Assembly: GCF_963921235.1 (NCBI RefSeq)
Contig: NC_086101.1
Coordinates: 5,210,001 to 5,274,000, forward strand
Source of the DNA: Mobula hypostoma
Lineage: Eukaryota
Length of the DNA stretch: 64,000 nucleotides
Direction of reading: 5' to 3'
Under the pieces are notes generated by a model. That model saw only the letters and a program-made list of their open reading frames with translations. It was not told the DNA's origin and ran no database searches. Shown one piece after another: positions 51,927 to 63,750 of the stretch. The translations under genes were made by a program, and so were the position numbers. Each line of letters opens with the position of its first letter. Positions within the stretch are counted from its first letter, which is position 1.

Positions 51927-52301
51927 GTGGGTTAGTGGGTGGAGGTGTTGATCAGTCTCACTGCTTGGGGAAAGTAACTGTTTTTGAGTCTGGTGGTCCT
52001 GGTGTGGATGCTACGTAGCCTCCTCCCTGATGGGAGTGAGACAAACAGTCCATGAGCAGGGTGGGTGGGGTCTTCCATGACGTTACCGGCCTTTTCCCGG
52101 TGCCTTTCTGAATAAATGTCCTTCATGGTGGGTAGGCTGGTGCTGGTGAGGCTTTGGGCAGATCTGACTACACAAGAAAGACTCTGTGTTCAATTTCAAA
52201 GCTGAGATTGCCGCCTGTTTCTTGGAAGGAAGGTATGACGGTTGCCCGGGCTGTGGGTACCTGAGGCTGTCTGATACAACTGCTGCCACAGCATCCCGGC
52301 G

Positions 52302-52433
52302 ATGGAGGGAGGTTGCAGTTTCCAGTACTCCTCCATGCTGATCCACGGATTCCCTGAGGAGGAGATCCGGGAGACCCTGCTCGAGGAAGGGATCACTCCA
52401 CATCAGCCCAGCCTGCATCTGGACATACAACAG
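52302..52433 (+). CDS. lhx9-like: LIM-homeobox gene of the Lhx2/Lhx9 family, first recognisable coding exon (N-terminus)
   Basis: MEGGCSFQYSSMLIHGFPEEEIRETLLEEGITPHQPSLHLDIQQ|gtaatt. It resembles the Lhx9 N-terminus (..SCPFRPPAMLFHG..) and Lhx2 MLFHS. The phase-0 donor matches the phase-0 acceptor of the LIM1 exon. There is an in-frame TGA upstream at 52272 and a second ATG at 52335. Not in the ORF track. Confidence 0.75.
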
Positions 52434-53549
52434 GTAATTAACATCCCGGCAGCTTCCATCACAAAGGTGTGAAACCTGGAGAGACAGTGGGGGCTCCTGC
52501 AATGATTAAAGCACAGATTATGGTCACTCAGCCCATCGACTCCTGTGCCAGCTCTTCGAAAGAGATTGCCCATTCGTCCCACGTCCCAACACACCTCCAA
52601 TCCCTCCATCAAATATATGTTATTTATTGTTATTGGATTACATCACAGAACGGGCCTTTCAAGCCCTTCGAGCCAGATGGCCTAGCAACCCACAATTTAA
52701 CCCTAGCCTAATCCCAGCACAGTTTACAATGATCAATTAACCTACTGACCGGTACGTCTTTGGACTGTGGGAGGAAACCGGCGGTCACAGGGAGAACGTA
52801 CAGACTCCTTACAGATGAGATTGGAATTGAGCTCTGAACTCTGACAGCCCGAGCTGTAATAGCGTTGCGCTAACCGCTATGCTGACTTAATCAGCCATGG
52901 TGGAATGACAGAACAGACACGATGGACTGAATAGCTTCATTCTGCTCCGGTCTCTTATGGTCATCATCTTGATCCAAGACTTCCATAAGACCTTAAGACA
53001 TAGGAGTAGAATGAGGTCACTTGGCCCATCGAGTCTGCTCTACCATTCCATCATGGCTGATTATTGTCCCTCTTGACCCCATTCTCCTGCCTTCTCCCCA
53101 TAACATTTCTTGGCCTAACTAGTCCAGAACTGTGCACAACATGCTGCCAGGCCAAGTGTCACTGCGTTAGATGAATCACATTTTTAGTCCTATTTGTCAG
53201 ACATACATCGAAGCATAGAGTGAGATGTGTGGTTTGAGTTGATGACCAGCGCAGTCCGAGGATGCGCTGGGGGCAGCCGGCAAGCGTTACCACACCTCTG
53301 AGGCAAACGTAGCATGCCTACAGCTCACTAAACCTAACCCACGTGTCTTAGGAATGTGGGAGGAAGCCCACGCGGTGACGGGGAGAACGTACAAATTCCT
53401 TACGGACAGTGGTGGGAGTCGAACCCGGGTCGCTGGCACTGTAAAGTGTTACGCTGAGGGTCCACCATTGTGCCACCCCACGGTGCGTAGTCAGTGCCTA
53501 ATTAGGCACCAAGGGTTGTAAAGTAGCATAGTTCTGAGGTGACATGATA

Positions 53550-53900
53550 GAACGTAGAACATAGAACAGTACAGCAGAGTACAGGCCCTTCGGCCCACAA
53601 TGTTGTGCCGACCCTCAAACTCTGCTTTCCATATAAGCCCCCACCTTAAATTCCTCCATATACCTGTCTAGTAGTCTCTTAAACTTCACTAGTGTATCTG
53701 CCTCCACCACTGACTCAGGCAGTGCATTCCACGCACGAACCACTCTCTGAGTAAAAAACCTTCCTCTAATATCCCCCTTGAACTTCCCACCCGTTACCTT
53801 AAAGCCATGTCCTCTTGTACTGAGCAGTGGTGCCCTGGGGAAGAGGAGCTGGCTATCCACTCTATCTGTTCCTCTTATTATCTTGTACACCTCTATCATG
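53550..53900 (-). mobile_element. CR1 3' fragment (intron of the LIM gene)
   Basis: MIEVYKIIRGTDRVDSQLLFP...FFTQRVVRAWNALP. Confidence 0.88.
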
Positions 53901-54544
53901 TATACAATGATGGTGTAATGGTTAGCGTAACGTTACTACGTCGCCAGCGATTGGGTTTCGATTCCCGCCACTGTCTGTGCGCTGTCTCCATAACCGCCTG
54001 GGTTCCCAACGGGTGCTCCAGTTTTCTCCCACATTCAGAGACATACAGGATAGGGTCAGTAAGTTGTGGGCCTGCTGTGCTGGCTCTGGAAGCAGGGAAA
54101 CACTTGCGGGCTGCCCCCAGCACACCCTTGGACTGCGTTGTTGATGCAAGCAATGCATCTCACTGTGTGTTTCAATGTTTCGATGTACATAAAGCTAATC
54201 TCAACTTAACGTATTTACAGACAGCGGTGGGACTTATTCTCGCTTCAAAGTGTCTCACCGGCCACCACGCTAACGTGCAGGCCCATATTGCCCAGTCCCA
54301 GTGGCCAATCCTGCAGTCAACAGGATCAGGCCAATGAATCTGCGACCCTCATCCTCAAAGGCTGAGCCCTCCCCTCAGGGAAACGTTACACAGCCAGCCA
54401 TAGCTGCTGACCGGGCTGAAGCCATTAGAAAGTGCTGTATAAAGTTGAGAGACCCGGCTATTGAACTTCTGTCCCCTATCCAGTATCCAGAGCCACTTTT
54501 TCTACTGTTACAATGTGGAGGCCCATATCACATGATTTGTGAGT

Positions 54545-55240
54545 GGTTTTGGACCCATATCTAAGGAAGGATATGCCACCATTGGAGAGGGTTGAAAGGA
54601 AGTTCACGAGAATGATCCCAGGAATGAAAGGGTTAATGTATGAGGAGCATTTGATGGCTCTGGGCCTGTACTTGCTGGAGTTGAGAAGAATGATGAGGTT
54701 CTCATGGGAACCTACTGAATATTGAAAGGCCTGGATAGAGTGGATGTGGAGAGGATGTCTCCTGTAGGGGAGTCTCGGACCAGAGGGCACGGGTAGAGTG
54801 GATGTGGAGAGGATGTCTCCTGTAGGGGAGTCTCGGACCAGAGGGCACGGGTAGAGTGGATGTGGAGAGGATGTCTCCTGTAGGGGAGTCTCGGACCAGA
54901 GGGCACAGGTAGAGTGGATGTGGAGAGGATATTTCCTGTAGGGGAGTCTCGGACCAGAGGGCACAGCCTCAGATTTGAGAGACATCCACTTAGAACAGAG
55001 ATTAGGAGGAATTTCTTTAGCCCGAGGATGGTGTATCTGTGGAATTCATTGTCACAGACAGCCATTGAGACCGTCATTGGTATATTTACAGCAGAGCTTG
55101 ATAGATTCTTGATGAGTCAGGGCATCAGGGTTATTGGGAGCAGGCAAGGGAATCGGGTTGAGAGGGATCATAAATCAGCCGTGATGGAATGACGGAGTGG
55201 ACTCGATGGGCTGAATGGCCTAATTCTGCTCCCATGTCTT
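54545..55240 (+). mobile_element. CR1 3' fragment containing a 4 x 58-bp internal tandem repeat (54736-54966)
   Basis: tagagtggatgtggagaggat starts at 54736, 54794, 54852 and 54910. Confidence 0.88.
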
Positions 55241-55293
55241 ACTGCATTGTAGACGTTTCACTGCGTTTTATCCCCTTCTGTCCCCTTGGTCAG

Positions 55294-55496
55294 GGAGTGC
55301 CGCTGGACCTTGCTTTGAAGGCCGCAGTGTGTGCCGGCTGTGGAGAGGCCATCTACGACCGCTACGTGGTGTTTGCGGTGGACAAGCCCTGGCACAGTCG
55401 TTGCCTGAAGTGCTGTGTGTGCGGGCTGGTCCTCGGCTCCGAGCTCACCTGCTTCTCCAAGGACACTGCCATCTACTGCAAGGATGACTATTACAG
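55294..55496 (+). CDS. lhx9-like: Lhx2/Lhx9-family exon encoding LIM domain 1
   Basis: Pyrimidine tract and cag| acceptor; GVPLDLALKAAVCAGCGEAIYDRYVVFAVDKPWHSRCLKCCVCGLVLGSELTCFSKDTAIYCKDDYY(R); donor ag|gtaa. 203 nt, ends in phase 2, with all LIM zinc ligands present. Confidence 0.95.
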
Positions 55497-56152
55497 GTAA
55501 AGTGAGTCACCCGCCCCTCACACTCCCCTACTTTCCGTAAGTCCAGCATCTGAATGTGGATCTGGTTATCATATCCGGATTGGTGTAGATTTGGCACATC
55601 GCCATGGTTACATCATGGACCGGCATGGAAACACTAATGGCCGGGAACGGGAAAGTCCACGGAGAGTCGTGGACACAGCCCAGTCCACAGGCAAAGCCCT
55701 CCCCACCGTTGAGCACATCCTGAAGGAGCACTGCCACAGGAAAGCAGCATCCATCATCGAGGACCCCCGCCACCCAGGCCGTGCTCTCTCCTCTCTGCCA
55801 CCATCAGGCAGGAGGTACAGGGGCCCCAGGACTCACACCACCAGGGTCAGGAACAGTCATTACCCCTCAACCAGCAGGAACCACCACCCAGGACACGCTC
55901 TCGTCTCACTGCTGTCACCATCAGGCAGGAGGTACAGGAGCCCCAGGACCCACACCACCAGGTTCAGGAACAGTTATTAGCCCTCAACCAGCAGGCTCTT
56001 GAACCAGAGGGGAGAACTTCACTCACTACAACTCTGAACTGATTCCACAACCTTCAGGCTCACTTTCAAGATCTCTCAGCAACCCATGTTCAGCATTTTT
56101 TATTACAAACGTTTGTATTTCCACAGTTTCTGCACATTGGCTGTTTGTTTAT

Positions 56153-56450
56153 GTAACACACATCAAAGTTGCTGGTGAATGCAGCAGGCCAGGCAGCATC
56201 TCTAGGAAGAGGTGAAGTCGACGTTTCAGGCCAAGACCCTTCGTCAAGACTAACTGAAGGAAGAGTGAGTAAGGGATTTGAAAGTTGGAGGAGGAGGGGG
56301 AGATCCAAAATGATAGGAGAAGTGACGAAGGGTCTCGGCCTGAAACGTCGACTGCACCTCTTCCTAGAGATGCTGCCTGGCCTGCTGTGTTCACCAGCAA
56401 CTTTTATGTGTGTTGCTTGAATTTCCAGCACCTGCAGATTTCCTGTTGTT
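56153..56450. mobile_element. Penelope-derived fold-back element with inverted hammerhead-like motifs
   Basis: aacacacatcaaagttgctggtgaatgcagcaggccaggcagcatctctaggaagagg...cttcgtca is the reverse complement of tgacgaagggtctcggcctgaaacgtcgactgcacctcttcctagagatgctgcctgg... Confidence 0.85.
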
Positions 56451-57796
56451 TGTTTATGTGTAGTGTTTTAGAAATTCTGTTGTATTTCTTTATTTTTTCT
56501 GTGAATGTACTCTCCCGTCTCCCTCCCTCTCTCCCATGATGGAATGGCAGAGCATACTTGACGAGCTGAATTGTGTAATGAGCAGAATGGTCCCTCCATC
56601 TGTCCATCCCCCTTTCTCTTCCTCCCTTCCCCTGCCCTCCTTTCCTTCATCCTTCCCTCTCTCCCCCCTTCTTTCCCTTTATCTTCCCACTCCACACCGC
56701 TCCCTCTCTCCACTTTTTCATTGCTCTGCCTCACTCCCTCCCTCCCTCCTTCCTCCATTCCTCCCACCTCTTCTCTCTCCACCTTCTCCCTCCCTCCCTC
56801 TCTTCTTTCAAGTTCAGGTTCAAGTTTAATTGTCGTTCAACCATACATGGACACAGCCAAATGAAACAGCTTTCCTGCAGGGTCAAGGTATAAAACACGA
56901 CAGTACCTTCAGCACGCAGCACATACAGTTATGATAGCTTGAATACAAAGTCACAAAAAAGTAATATAGCCCAAGTCCCTGAACGACATTGCCCGTAGAT
57001 TGACGGTGCATTTGACTTTGTCTTGGTCTAGCTTGTCGTTGCTCCTTTAGGATTTTCCCTAGCCTTCCCTCTTTGGGATTTGATTTACCTTCCTGAGATT
57101 CCCTGTGGTCGGGGCGCAGTTGGAGGTGCCCTGCGTTTCAGTGTATGTGGGGTGCAGTGTGAACCAGAACTGAGCTTTTTAATCACTGACCTATAAGGTG
57201 GAAAATGCTGTTTTGCGGCAGCAGTACAGCAGAATGCATGTGGTTGGTTGTCTGTCGTATCCAACAATGGCAGGAGACCTGTGCAGGAGGCTTTTTAAAA
57301 TGGAAATGGGATTCGTTCCACTGGCCCGACCTCAGAAGTCCAGGTTCAGAGGTACGAGTAGTTGTCACAGACTGGGGACTTCCTTTGAACATGACTCCTT
57401 CCACGCCTCACCATGTCCTTCGCTCTCCGCAAAGCGTTGCAGAGCTGCCTTCCTGGCCGTTGGATCTCGCTATAGATCTCATCCGCCCAGACCGCCAGAG
57501 CTGACTTCAGATGCTAAGGCAGGGTATGAGGCTCTCACTGGGGTACGAGGGTGCCAGCTAGCCTCACCTGGTTTAGCCCACCTATCGAAGCAGTGTACCT
57601 ATCAAAGGTGTGGCCGCAGTCACATGCAGACAGTTACTCGGAGCCACGGGTGAGAGCTGAGTGTCTGGTGAGTGAGCTGCCCCAGAAAGGACACAACAAG
57701 CCCCTTCACATGAAGAGCTACCCCACCCTGTACACCCCACTAGAATACATAAAATTACTATCAATTACAAGAAGAATTTCCATATACAATGTAAAT

Positions 57797-58222
57797 CATC
57801 ATCATCATCGGGTGCCGTGCCCAATTTGAGCTTTGACTGCCATGGCCCACACACTCCTGTTTCGGGTCAAGTGGATCAATTCATTGGTATTCATTTCCAG
57901 TTCTCTGGCTGCTGTCTCCATCATCATTTGTCTTTGTCTTCCTCTTGCTTTCTTCCCTTCAACCTTTCCCATAATTGCCCTGCAGTCTAAATCCTCTTTC
58001 CTAATCACATGTCCAATGAAGTTACGTTGCCTGTTCATGATCTCATACATTATTTCTCTTTTTGTGTTTGCTCTGTTCATGACATTCTCGTTAGATATTC
58101 GTTTCATCCATGATATTCCTTGCATCCTCCTCAAAAACCACATCTCTGCTGCTTCAATTCGTTTCCTCATGTTAATAGATATTGTCCAACATTCTGAGCG
58201 ATAGAACGTACTGGATAGACGT
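57797..58222 (-). mobile_element. RTE-clade LINE 3' fragment
   Basis: MRKRIEAAEMWFLRRMQGISWMKRISNENV...GKVEGKKARGRQR; (GAT)n tail; 9-bp TSD aatgtaaat at 57788-57796 and 58223-58231. Confidence 0.92.
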
Positions 58223-58594
58223 AATGTAAATGAATGGTGCAAAACACAGCAAAATTGTGATGTGGTGTTCACGGCTTCAAGGACCATTCGAAAATCTGAT
58301 GGTGGAGAGGAAGAAGCTGTTCCTAAAATCTTGAGTGTGTGTCTTCAGACTCCTGTACCTCCTCCCTAATGGTAGTAATGAGAAGGGGACATGTCCTGGG
58401 AGGTGAGGGTCCCCAATGATGGATGCCACCTTTCTGAGTCATCATCCTTTGAAGATGTCCTTGATGACGGGGAGGCTCGTGCCCATGATGGATCGGCTGG
58501 GGTTTACAACCCTCTGCCCTGAGCTCTGGCCCCTCCATACCGGACGGTGATACACTGTGTACAATGTTGACGGAGTGTGTGTTCCTTCCTGCAG

Positions 58595-58953
58595 GCGGTT
58601 CTGTGTTAAGCAGTGCTCCCGCTGCCAGCTGGGCATCCTGGCATCGGAGATGGTAATGCGCGCCAAGGAGGAGGTCTACCACCTCAGCTGCTTCACCTGT
58701 GCCGTGTGTGGGCGGGCGCTGGTCACCGGAGACCTTTTCGGCACCCGCCACGGCCTGGTCTACTGCCAGGAGCACTTTGAGCCTCCGGGCCGGGCGGGAG
58801 ACGAGGCGCGGCTGATGGACAGCCTGGCCGAGCTGGCCCTGCGGGGGGACGAGGGGCTGGATGCGGGCCCAGGCAACACCGAGTGGCCCAGCAGGCTGAA
58901 TGGCGGCAGCCACAAGCGGAGGCTGCAGAGCGAAGGCGATGAGTTTCATTCAG
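58595..58953 (+). CDS. lhx9-like: Lhx2/Lhx9-family exon encoding LIM domain 2 and linker
   Basis: Acceptor ttccttcctgcag|; (R)RFCVKQCSRCQLGILASEMVMRAKEEVYHLSCFTCAVCGRALVTGDLFGTRHGLVYCQEHFE...EFHS; donor cag|gtgccc. 359 nt, phase 2 to phase 1. SEMVMRA is an Lhx2/9 signature. Confidence 0.93.
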
Positions 58954-58979
58954 GTGCCCAATCCACTGTGTGTTTGTAG

Positions 58980-59690
58980 AATATAGAACACGGAACAGTA
59001 CAGCACAGTACAGGCCCTTCGGCCCACAATGTTATACTGAACCTCTAACCGCATCCAGGGTCAATCTAACCCTTCCCTCCCACATCATCCTCCAGTTCTC
59101 GATCATCCATGTGCCTGACTAAGATACTCTTCAATATATCTGCCTCTACACCACCCTGGCAGTATGTTCCACGTACCCACTGGTCCGTATGACTACCTCT
59201 GACATCCCCCTATACATTCCTCCAATCACCTTTAAAACTACATACTCTTGCATTAGCCATTTCTGCCCTGTGAAGAAGTTTCTAGCTGTCCACTCGATCG
59301 ATGCGTCTTATAATCTTTTACACTTCTATCAAGCCACTTCTCATCCTCCTTCACGGCAAAGAGAAAATCCTGAGTTTACTCAACCTCTCCTCATAGGTAA
59401 GGTTCCTCTTGCTTTCCGTTTCCGAAACGTTTGTCTGCTTTACGAGGCTGAGTTTCCAGCTCGACACTCAGCCCAGTATGGGTGGAAGGCACGTAAGGAG
59501 CTGGCCAGATTCGAACCTGTCACCACTTGCCCCGAAGTCCAGTGCTGATGTTACTGCACCACTGGCTGGCTAATCCATGGCCTCTAATCCAGGCAGCATC
59601 CTGGTAAATGCCCTCTGCACCCTCTCTAAAGCTTCCACATCCTTCCTGTAACAAGGCGAGCTGAACCCGATACTCCAAGTGCGCGTGGAA
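58980..59690 (-). mobile_element. Degraded CR1 3' fragment with a short SINE-like insert (about 59400-59570)
   Basis: CR1 tail cagtacagcacagtacaggcccttcggcccacaatg; the insert resembles 33215-33390. Confidence 0.75.
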
Positions 59691-61640
59691 TTTGTTCAGA
59701 TACACAGTGCACAGCAAGCTCGTCCAGCTCAACGAGCCATGTCATTCAGCAACTCACCTAATTAACCCCAGCCTAATCACAGAACAATTTACAATGACCA
59801 ATTAACCAACTAACTGGTACGTCTTTGGAATGTGGGAGGAAACCAGAGCCCTTGGAGGAAACCCACACGGTCATGGGGCGGAACACTTTACAGATGACAT
59901 TGGAACTGAACTCCAAAGTCCGATGTCCTGAGCCGTAATAACATCACTACGCTACTGTGAGGCTCATGTGGGATTGGAAAGGGCGGCCTGGAGTGGGATT
60001 GATCCCTGAGTCTGGACCCAGATTCCCACTCCCTGGAGACAATGTGCAGTCTCCATCTCATTAACCCCTTCATAGAGAAATGTTCCTGCCTTTGGGAAGT
60101 CCAGTGCATCTGCAAATCCCTTGTGTTTAAGTTAGCAGTTTTCTAAAGTAGGATGATGCAACTGTGGTTGACAAGAGAAGTCAAGGCCAACATAAAAGCC
60201 AAAGAGAGGGCATATAATAGAGTGAAAATTAGTCGGAAGTTAGAGGATTGGGAAGCTTTTAAAAACCAACAAAAGGCAACTAAAAATGTTATAAAGAATG
60301 AAAAGGTGGACTATGAAAGTAAGCTAGCTAATAACATTAAAGAGCATACCAAAAGTTTCTTCAGATACATAAAGTGTAAAAGAGAGCTGAGAGTGGATAG
60401 TGGACTGCTTGAAAATGCAGTTTTGAGCTCCTTATCTAAGAAAGGATGTGTTAACATTGGAGAGGGTACAAAGGAGGTTCGCAAAATGATTCTGGGATTG
60501 AAAGGCTCATCATATAAAGAGCACTTCATGGAACTGAATAACAAATTAAGTATTTAATTGAAATGCAGAACAAACTAGAACACACACCAATACTACTACA
60601 GTACTATAAATCTGTGTGTCCCTAATAGTTATCGATGGAGGAATTCTTCCAATGTATGCAATGAACAAAATCAGTACAGGTACCTAGTGCAGATAATCAT
60701 ACAATGCTGTCGATGATTAAACCTCCAAATCTTCATTTAATATTCAAGATGATTGCCAATACCTTCAAGTTCTTCATAGTTCCTAACTTTTTGAAGTAGT
60801 TAAATCATTTTATTTTCAATCCCTGCCTTTGCTGACATCTCCAAGGGGGAAAGCTTGAAACCACAGTGAGCAAAATATTTCCTAATTATCTTGCTGCTTA
60901 TTTCTTGCTAACTACAGTGACAAAAATCACTGCTTTTAGAACACAAACATATGCAACTGTCTAATGGCCATGCACGTGCACGCAAGTTTCGCTAGTTATA
61001 AACTTTCCAGCAACAGTCTCTTGTCCCAATTAAGTGGCGTAGTGTCCCAAATAAATGAAGGGAATCCTGGCTATTTACTTGATTAGTAATTGTTGTTTAA
61101 GTGGTGTTCCAAATAAGTGGCTGCCCCAATTAACAATGGCCCAATTAATCTGGAATCCACTGTACATACATGTCACCTTCTACTACCCTGAGATTCATCT
61201 ACTTGCAGGCATTCACAGTAAATACAAAGGAACACAATAGAATCAATGAATATAATGACAAAGATGGACAAACAACCAATACACAAAAGACAGCAAACTG
61301 CAAATACAAAAAAAAACAAAATAAGAAATAACTCGATGGGCAGAATGGCCTAATTCTGCTCTTGGGTCTTATAGTCTTGTGTACAGAGCCATTTTGCACA
61401 CCACGGAGAGAGAGAGAGTGAGTGAGCGAAAGAGACAGAGAGATAAAGGGAGTGAGAAAGAGAGACAGCGGGAGAGAAAGAAGAGAGAAAGAGAGAGAGA
61501 TGGAGGGTTGTCAGAGACAGCAATGGTCTTATGGGTTGTGGATGAAGAGATATTTAAAGTCAGCCATGGTCTCACACATTGAGGGTTGCGCTCCTGTCCA
61601 GTGGTGTCCGTGTGTCAATGTGGTCCTGTTGTGGTTTCAG

Positions 61641-61834
61641 CGTGCACCGAGGGGGAGCAGACCGCCGGGGAGCCCCGCTACCCCGGCCAGCAGAAGGCCA
61701 AGCGCATCCGCACCTGCTTCAAGCATCACCAGCTCCGCACCATGGAGTCCTACTTTGCTGTCAAGCACAACCCTGACGGCAAAGACTGGGAGCAGCTCTC
61801 CAAGAAGACTGGTCTTCCCAAGCGAGTGCTGCAG
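61641..61834 (+). CDS. lhx9-like: Lhx2/Lhx9-family exon encoding homeodomain helices 1-2 and the start of helix 3; final exon beyond window
   Basis: Acceptor gtttcag|; (A)CTEGEQTAGEPRYPGQQKAKRIRTCFKHHQLRTMESYFAVKHNPDGKDWEQLSKKTGLPKRVLQ|gtgagc. 194 nt, phase 1 to phase 0. The intron falls just before the expected VWFQN, as in Lhx2/9. Confidence 0.95.
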
Positions 61835-62724
61835 GTGAGCGCAGGACAGGTAGGCCAGAGGCTGGCGGAGGGACTCTGTACCGAGGCTCAAAGTAACAAA
61901 GTAAACTTATTATCAAAGTACATCGATTTCCCCATGTACGACCCTGCATTTTATTTTCTTGTGGGCGTACACACAAGAAACACAATAGAATCAGTGAAAG
62001 AGCACACCAACAGTACAGGCAATGTGCAAAAGGCAACTAATTGTGTAAATGCAAAAAGAAAGAAATAATAATAATATTAATAATAAATAAATAAGCAATT
62101 AATATCAAGAACATGATCTGAAGAGCCCTTGAAAATGAGTCCATTGGTTCTGGGTGGTGGTTCCTGCTGGTTGAGGGCTGATAACTGTTCCTGAACCTGT
62201 TGGTGTGAGTTCTGAGGCTCCTGTACCTCCTGCCTGATGCAATACACTCTCCACCACACTTCCACAGAAGTTTGTCAAAGTTTTGGATGTCATGCCAAAT
62301 CAGTTAGTTTTTTGTAAAATTTATTGAATTTCTTTTTTCCCTGTAAATACCTGTAAGAATCCCAATGTAGTATATAGTGACATATATATATATACATACA
62401 CACCTTGATAATACATTTAACTCTGACTTTGACTGCTGGGAGTACATGTCCAACTCTCAGCACTATGGGATTCCTCAGCTGAACTCCCACTAACAGGAAT
62501 TCAGAGGGATTTTCTAGAGGGTTCCCTACTAATGGGGCAGTCCAACACAAAGAGAAAATGTTTAAAATTGATAGAGGAGCTGATGGCCGTTCAGCCCATG
62601 TAAGAGTATAGAAAAGATTAATCTGGCCTTTTAGCCTGGCTGCCAGATTAGGGGTTGGCATGGTAACGCAGCGGTTAGTGTAACGCTATAATGGCACCAG
62701 CAACCTGGGTTCAATTTCCTCTCA

Positions 62725-63750
62725 CAAACAAGAGAAAATCTGCAGATGCGGGAAATCCGAGCAACGCACACAAAATGCTGGAGGAACTCAGCAGGCCAGG
62801 CAGCATCTGTGGAAATGAGCACAGTTGACCTTTCGGGCCAAAACCCTCCGGCAGAACTGGAATAAAGAAGCTGAGGAGTAGATTTGAAAGGTGGGAGGGA
62901 CGGGAGAGAGAAACGCCAGGAGATAGGTGAAACTTAGAGGGGGAGGGATGAAGCAAAGAGCTGGGAAGTTGGTGAAAGAGACAGAAGGCCATGGAAGAAA
63001 GAAAAAAGGGGGGAGGCGATGGGCTGGCAAGGAGATAACATGAAAGAGGGTAAAGGGGATGGGAAATGGTGAAGTTGGGGGAAGTTTGAGAAGTCAATGT
63101 TCATGCCATCAGATTGGAGACTACCCAAATGGAATATAAGGTGTTGTTCCTCCAACCTAAATGTGGCTTTATCACGATAGCGGGGGAGGCCATGGATGGA
63201 CATATCGGAATGGGAATGGGAAGCGGAATTAAAATGGATGACCACTGGAAGATGATGCTTGTTCTGGTGGACATAGCGTAGATGCTCAGCAAAGCAGTCT
63301 CCCAATCTACATCGGGTCTCACCGAGGCTACACCGGGAGCACCGAACACAGGATATGACCCTAACAGACTCACAGGTGAAGTATTGCCTCACCTGGAAGG
63401 ACTGTTTGGGGCCCTGAATGGTAGTGAGGGAGGAGGTGTAGCACTTGTCTTGCTTGTGAGGGTAAACGTCAGGAGGGAGATCAGTGAAGAAAGAGGAATA
63501 GACAAGGGAATCGCATAGGGAGCGATCCCTGCAGAAAGTTGGGGGGGGGGGAAGAGAAAGACGTGTTTGGTGGTGATGCTCTTACCCCATCCTCCCTCTA
63601 TCCTACCAAGGATAGGGTTCCTCTTGTCCTCACCTACCACCCCGCCAGCCTCCGTGTCCAGCACATAATTCTCCAAAACTTCTGCCACCTCCAACGGGAT
63701 CCCACCACCAAGCACATCTTTCCCTCTTCCCCCCCCCCCCGCACTTTCTG
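62725..63750 (-). mobile_element. Penelope-like retroelement remnant with GIY-YIG endonuclease and pLTR; inverted segment at about 63580-63750
   Basis: FTCES..VISCVRCSRC..GETRCRLGDCFAEHL...LPVVIHFNSASHSH, the Cys/His-containing GIY-YIG region of Penelope-like elements; 63520-63575 is inverted relative to 63700-63750. Confidence 0.88.
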
